In this document: positions 60,314 through 64,000 of the stretch, piece after piece
Layout of the letters: the number at the start of each line of letters is the position of its first letter
How positions within the stretch are numbered: position 1 is the stretch's first letter
Assembly: GCA_046290225.1 (NCBI GenBank)
Contig: JBKAGE010000071.1
Coordinates: 108,480 to 172,479 of the forward strand
Length of the DNA: 64,000 bases
Reading direction: 5' to 3'
From: Bradymonadia bacterium
GTDB taxonomy: Bacteria > Myxococcota_A > Bradymonadia > UBA7976 > UBA1532
Notes under the pieces: model-generated
The model's input: the letters and a program-made list of their open reading frames with translations, nothing else
Databases searched by the model: none
What the model was told of the DNA's origin: nothing
Position numbers and translations under genes: made by a program

Positions 60314-60396
60314 CCGGGAGGCTGAGCCTGGGCTTCCTTCTCACCTCCTGAAACAGCCCAGGCAATTTCCTCCCCTTTTTCTTACAGGGGGCTGGT

Positions 60397-62997
60397 ATGC
60401 CAGAGCAGCGACTCACGTCGGTCCGCGCTCTGTTTCTCAAGTTGCGAAAGCGCGTCTTCGTCGACTCCACCACAGAGGGGCTGGATGACGAGGTCATGTA
60501 TCCCGTCGAACTCATCCTCGGCGGTCTCGGGTTCACGTGCTCGCACCGTCTGAAGAGGCGCCTCGCGGGGTTGCCCGAGGCTGAGCGGCTGGAGCTTCAA
60601 AACTGGATCGCAGATCAGCTGTGCGCAGAGCTGGGGGCCGCTCAGCGTCATGTGCCTCTCTTTCGGGCGTTTCCCCAGAGCATCCCCGCGGACACTATGG
60701 CGTTGTGGTGGCGGCGGTTCATCGTGCACGTCTTTCAAGGGCAGACGCAGCAATGCCTGAATTGTGGCCAGTTCGGCACGACCCAGGTGGTGCAGCCCTG
60801 CGGCCATGTGGTGTGCAGTCACTGCTTCGATGGGGCGAACTACTCTGCCTGCCCGATTTGCCAGCACCACATCGATCCCGACTCACCCTTTCTGCTGGCC
60901 ACGCCGGAGCGGCCCCTGCCCGAGGAGCGCGTGACCTACACGCTGCTGGACCTGGGGGATGATCTCATGGCGGAGACTCAGGCGCTCTTCGAGCAGCTCT
61001 GCGCCCGTCAGCAGCCGTTGTCCAAAGATGATCAGGAAGCCCTCACGACGATCGTCACCGCATGCAGCGCAGAGGTCCTGGCGTGGCTGCCAGAGCACAT
61101 CCCCGTGCGAGAGAACATCGCGCTGATCTTCGGCTCGCTGCTCCAGCATGTGCCCCCCGCCGAGGTGATGGCCCACGCTGAGCGTCATATGAGCACGGCC
61201 ACCGACGTCTTGCGGTGCATCGCCGCTTTCTCGGGAGCAGATGTCGGCCTGCAACCTGCGTTGTGGGCCAAAACGGTCACCCGGAACGATGATCCGAACG
61301 GTCACTGGCGACGTGTGCTGGCAGGCATGTACGACGTCGATGTGTTGGCGACACGTGACAAGTTCACGATCCCGATACAGACCCCGCGCTTCAAAATCGC
61401 GCCGATGAAGAGGGCCCTCAGGCGGGCGCTCCTCGCCATCCTCGAGCGATGCAGGCTCGACGATCTCGTCGAAGACATGTTGCGACACCGCTCCCTTTGG
61501 GTCTGGGTGGGCCAGCACCTGCACCCGCACGAGTACGCCAGGCGGTACCCCAAGGTGGCTCAGGCCTTTCACGTGGTGCGGAAGAAGGCCCCTGACGGCA
61601 CGCCTGCGCCGCCAGTAAAGACGTGGTCTGCCCAGGTCGAGGCCGCCGTGGAGGCTGTCGACTTGCCCCAGGCGGTCCGACTGCTGAGTCAGCGCCCCGG
61701 CGTGTTCGGCCGGCGGCTGGATCATCTCTTGCGCATTGCCCAAGACGACGCGGAGCGGATCCTGGTGCTCCAGGCGTTCTCGGCCCTGATCCCTGATCTG
61801 CCTGCTCCGATGTTGCTCACGTTACAGAGCCACTTCGCCCATCGCGGGTGTCGAGCGGAGAAGCGGGTGTACTGGCCCAAGGGCAAGGTGGCCAAGGGGG
61901 TCTTCGACGATGACACCCGGCCCACGCTGCCCAGCGAGATCACGGGACCGCTGATGCACGCGTTGACCTCAGAGCTGTTGAGGCGGTTCGAGACGCTGCC
62001 GAGCTTCGAGACGGGCATCCTCGACGCTGCGCTCACCGAGGTGATGGTGCCGTTCAACGCCCGAACTGCGAGCCCCTCGGCGGTGATGTTGCCCCGAGGC
62101 TCCCGGGTGCCCGTCGAGTCGGGCAAGGTGATGCGGCTCTTCCTGCACTGGTGTCAGCCAGAGGGCGATCGTGGCAGCACGGATCTCGACCTCTCAGTGG
62201 GCCTCTACGACACACACTGGCGCTCAGTCGGGGTGTGCTCCTACTACCAGTTACAGGCGCTGAGCCCTGGTGGAGCGCTCATGGCTCAGAGCGCAGGTGA
62301 TCTCCTCAGCGCGCCATGGCCAGAGGGCGCCACCGAATTCGTTGACATTCATCGCGAGGCCGCCACGGAGGCGGGGGTACGCTATGCGGTGGCGGTCATC
62401 AACGCGTACAGCGGCTTGCCTTTCAACGCCCTCGAGCGGGCCCTTGCGGGTCTCATGCTCCGCGATGACGTAGAGGGTCAGCACTTCGATCCGCGCACTG
62501 TAGAGCTGAAGTTCGAACTGTGCGGTGACAATGGCACCTTCATGCCCCTCGTCTTCGATCTGAAGGAGGGTGTCCTGCACTGGCTCGACGTACACTCGGT
62601 GGGGCAGCCACAACACAACAATGTCGCCACGTCGAACAGCGCCATCACCACGGTCTGCCCGGGGCTGATGCAATATTTCGCCAGCGGATGCCGGCCCTCG
62701 ATGTACACGCTGGGCGCGATGCATCTCGCGGCCCGCTGTCGGCGGGTGCACGTGCGGGGTGAAGATGGCACGGCGCTCTATGTGCGTGGTGAGGCAGAGT
62801 CTGTGGAGTCATTTCACCACAGACTGACACAGGGGGACGCTGATGCCTCTGAGCCTTGGCAAGAGCGTGCCGAGGGCTCAGGTGTATTGGCGCTGCTCTA
62901 TCGCAGTGACTTTGAACTGCCTGAAGACAGCGCTGTCTATACGCTGTTTCACGAGCGTGTCGCGCCCACCATGGCGGCGAGTGATTTGCTCTCTTGA
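60397..62997 (+). CDS. Prokaryotic RING domain protein (MXAN_6230/SCO0854-type; Prok-RING_4 architecture with TROVE-like repeats and a TerD-like domain)
   Basis: CLNC...PCGHVVCSHC...CPIC RING; TATDVLR; RPGVFGRRLDHLLR; TerD-like RLFLHW...TDLDLS...GATEFVDI. Confidence 0.85.
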   Translation: MPEQRLTSVRALFLKLRKRVFVDSTTEGLDDEVMYPVELILGGLGFTCSHRLKRRLAGLPEAERLELQNWIADQLCAELGAAQRHVPLFRAFPQSIPADTMALWWRRFIVHVFQGQTQQCLNCGQFGTTQVVQPCGHVVCSHCFDGANYSACPICQHHIDPDSPFLLATPERPLPEERVTYTLLDLGDDLMAETQALFEQLCARQQPLSKDDQEALTTIVTACSAEVLAWLPEHIPVRENIALIFGSLLQHVPPAEVMAHAERHMSTATDVLRCIAAFSGADVGLQPALWAKTVTRNDDPNGHWRRVLAGMYDVDVLATRDKFTIPIQTPRFKIAPMKRALRRALLAILERCRLDDLVEDMLRHRSLWVWVGQHLHPHEYARRYPKVAQAFHVVRKKAPDGTPAPPVKTWSAQVEAAVEAVDLPQAVRLLSQRPGVFGRRLDHLLRIAQDDAERILVLQAFSALIPDLPAPMLLTLQSHFAHRGCRAEKRVYWPKGKVAKGVFDDDTRPTLPSEITGPLMHALTSELLRRFETLPSFETGILDAALTEVMVPFNARTASPSAVMLPRGSRVPVESGKVMRLFLHWCQPEGDRGSTDLDLSVGLYDTHWRSVGVCSYYQLQALSPGGALMAQSAGDLLSAPWPEGATEFVDIHREAATEAGVRYAVAVINAYSGLPFNALERALAGLMLRDDVEGQHFDPRTVELKFELCGDNGTFMPLVFDLKEGVLHWLDVHSVGQPQHNNVATSNSAITTVCPGLMQYFASGCRPSMYTLGAMHLAARCRRVHVRGEDGTALYVRGEAESVESFHHRLTQGDADASEPWQERAEGSGVLALLYRSDFELPEDSAVYTLFHERVAPTMAASDLLS

Positions 62998-63032
62998 GGC
63001 ACTCTTCGCTGCTCAAGTGTTGGTGAAGAATA

Positions 63033-63818
63033 CTATTTCAGTGTGCTCGGGTCGATGTTTGTGAGTGCACCCCGGAGTGGCAATGAGCGATCAATTGGCT
63101 CATTCGTCCAATTGAGCCAGGGGTAACCATTCTCGGTCAGGCTCACGACATAGACCTCTACCTTTTCCCCCACTGTCATCAAGGGCAAAGGGTGATTAAG
63201 AGGATCGAGCAGGTGTCGATCATAGAAGTAAATACTCTGCCAGCCGCCTTCCTTGAACTCGACGATCGCGCGATAGCTCTCAAGATGCTTCACTGTGACC
63301 TGTATGCGGTCTCCTCTCTTGTATTTCCCTTTCATGAGGAGGATGGGATCTATGGAGGTTTGCTTGAGGCCAACCATGACCCGCTGGGTAGTCGAATAGA
63401 TTTTGAGAACCTTGGTCTGAATCTCCTCACCCAGACTGACCACGTCTGAAGGGTGTTTGAACCAACCCCAGCTCAGGTTGGAGATGTGGAGACGCACATC
63501 ATGGCCCCCGATGTCGACCCAAGCGCCGTAGGCATCAATGTCGGAGACTGTCCCTTTGACGACATCACCCTCCTTGAGGGTCTTGATTGTATTGGCCCAG
63601 AGGATGGCACGGGTCTGCTCAAGGAAGAGCCGGCGTGACACGATAATCCTGCCACGCTCTCTATCGAGTTTGATGATTTTGAACTCGAAAGTATTGCCGA
63701 GGTACCCCTCGAGGCTCTGAGTCGGTCGTATGTCCAGGTGGCGGCCAGGCAGATAGGCCTGGATGCCGACATCGACGAAGAAGCCACGCCTGAAACGCTC
63801 GGTGATGGTGCCTGTCAC
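63033..63818 (-). CDS. S1 RNA-binding domain protein (ribosomal protein S1 paralogue or fragment); 5' end uncertain, possibly disrupted
   Basis: Three S1-like repeats (GFFVDVGIQAYLPG...FKIIKLDRERGRIIVSRR; LKEGDVVKGTV...GAWVDIGG...LHISNLSW). Similarity continues upstream of the GTG. Confidence 0.75.
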   Translation of the reverse strand: MTGTITERFRRGFFVDVGIQAYLPGRHLDIRPTQSLEGYLGNTFEFKIIKLDRERGRIIVSRRLFLEQTRAILWANTIKTLKEGDVVKGTVSDIDAYGAWVDIGGHDVRLHISNLSWGWFKHPSDVVSLGEEIQTKVLKIYSTTQRVMVGLKQTSIDPILLMKGKYKRGDRIQVTVKHLESYRAIVEFKEGGWQSIYFYDRHLLDPLNHPLPLMTVGEKVEVYVVSLTENGYPWLNWTNEPIDRSLPLRGALTNIDPSTLK

Positions 63819-64000
63819 GGGCTTGTCGCGCTCGACAGCTTCGACCAGTTGCGCCCAAATGCGCGGATCTACATCTTCATCGCGGCCCTGTACGGGGGTT
63901 GCTGCCTTGTATCCCCAAAGTTAGACAAAAACGAGCCCTGGAAAAGGGGTCTCGTTTGAGCGGTCGCCGTCGTAGCCCGGTGGCCGTGCTGTGACAAGGT

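Overview
This is a GC-rich bacterial window whose gene content suggests Myxococcota or a related deltaproteobacterial lineage (inference from MXAN-type families, a PEGA Ser/Thr kinase, a DUF1501 cassette and Gly-rich lipoproteins). About 41 CDSs are supportable. Housekeeping genes include the methylmalonyl-CoA mutase operon (mutA-scpA-meaB), a PurS-fused purL, srkA, a DnaQ-type exonuclease and a Nudix hydrolase. Several small regulator/oxidoreductase cassettes (TetR x2, LysR x2, GlxA) and many accessory exported proteins fill the rest. I saw no rRNA, tRNA, CRISPR array or transposase. Most notable: (1) two non-coding inverted-repeat elements, one of ~175 bp arms with an apparent compensatory stem change (38216-38702) and one carrying variable (CGGGCA)n microsatellites (12929-13361); (2) a RING/TROVE-like/TerD protein preceded by a structured leader and facing an S1-domain gene; (3) an intact Lhr-like helicase with every catalytic motif degenerate; (4) a stand-alone EF-Tu domain III fusion; (5) a signal-peptide SpvB/FG-GAP/RHS protein with a hydrophobic cargo and no adjacent immunity gene; (6) a Tat-lipoprotein superoxide-reductase-like protein. 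All family assignments come from motif recognition by eye; no searches were run.
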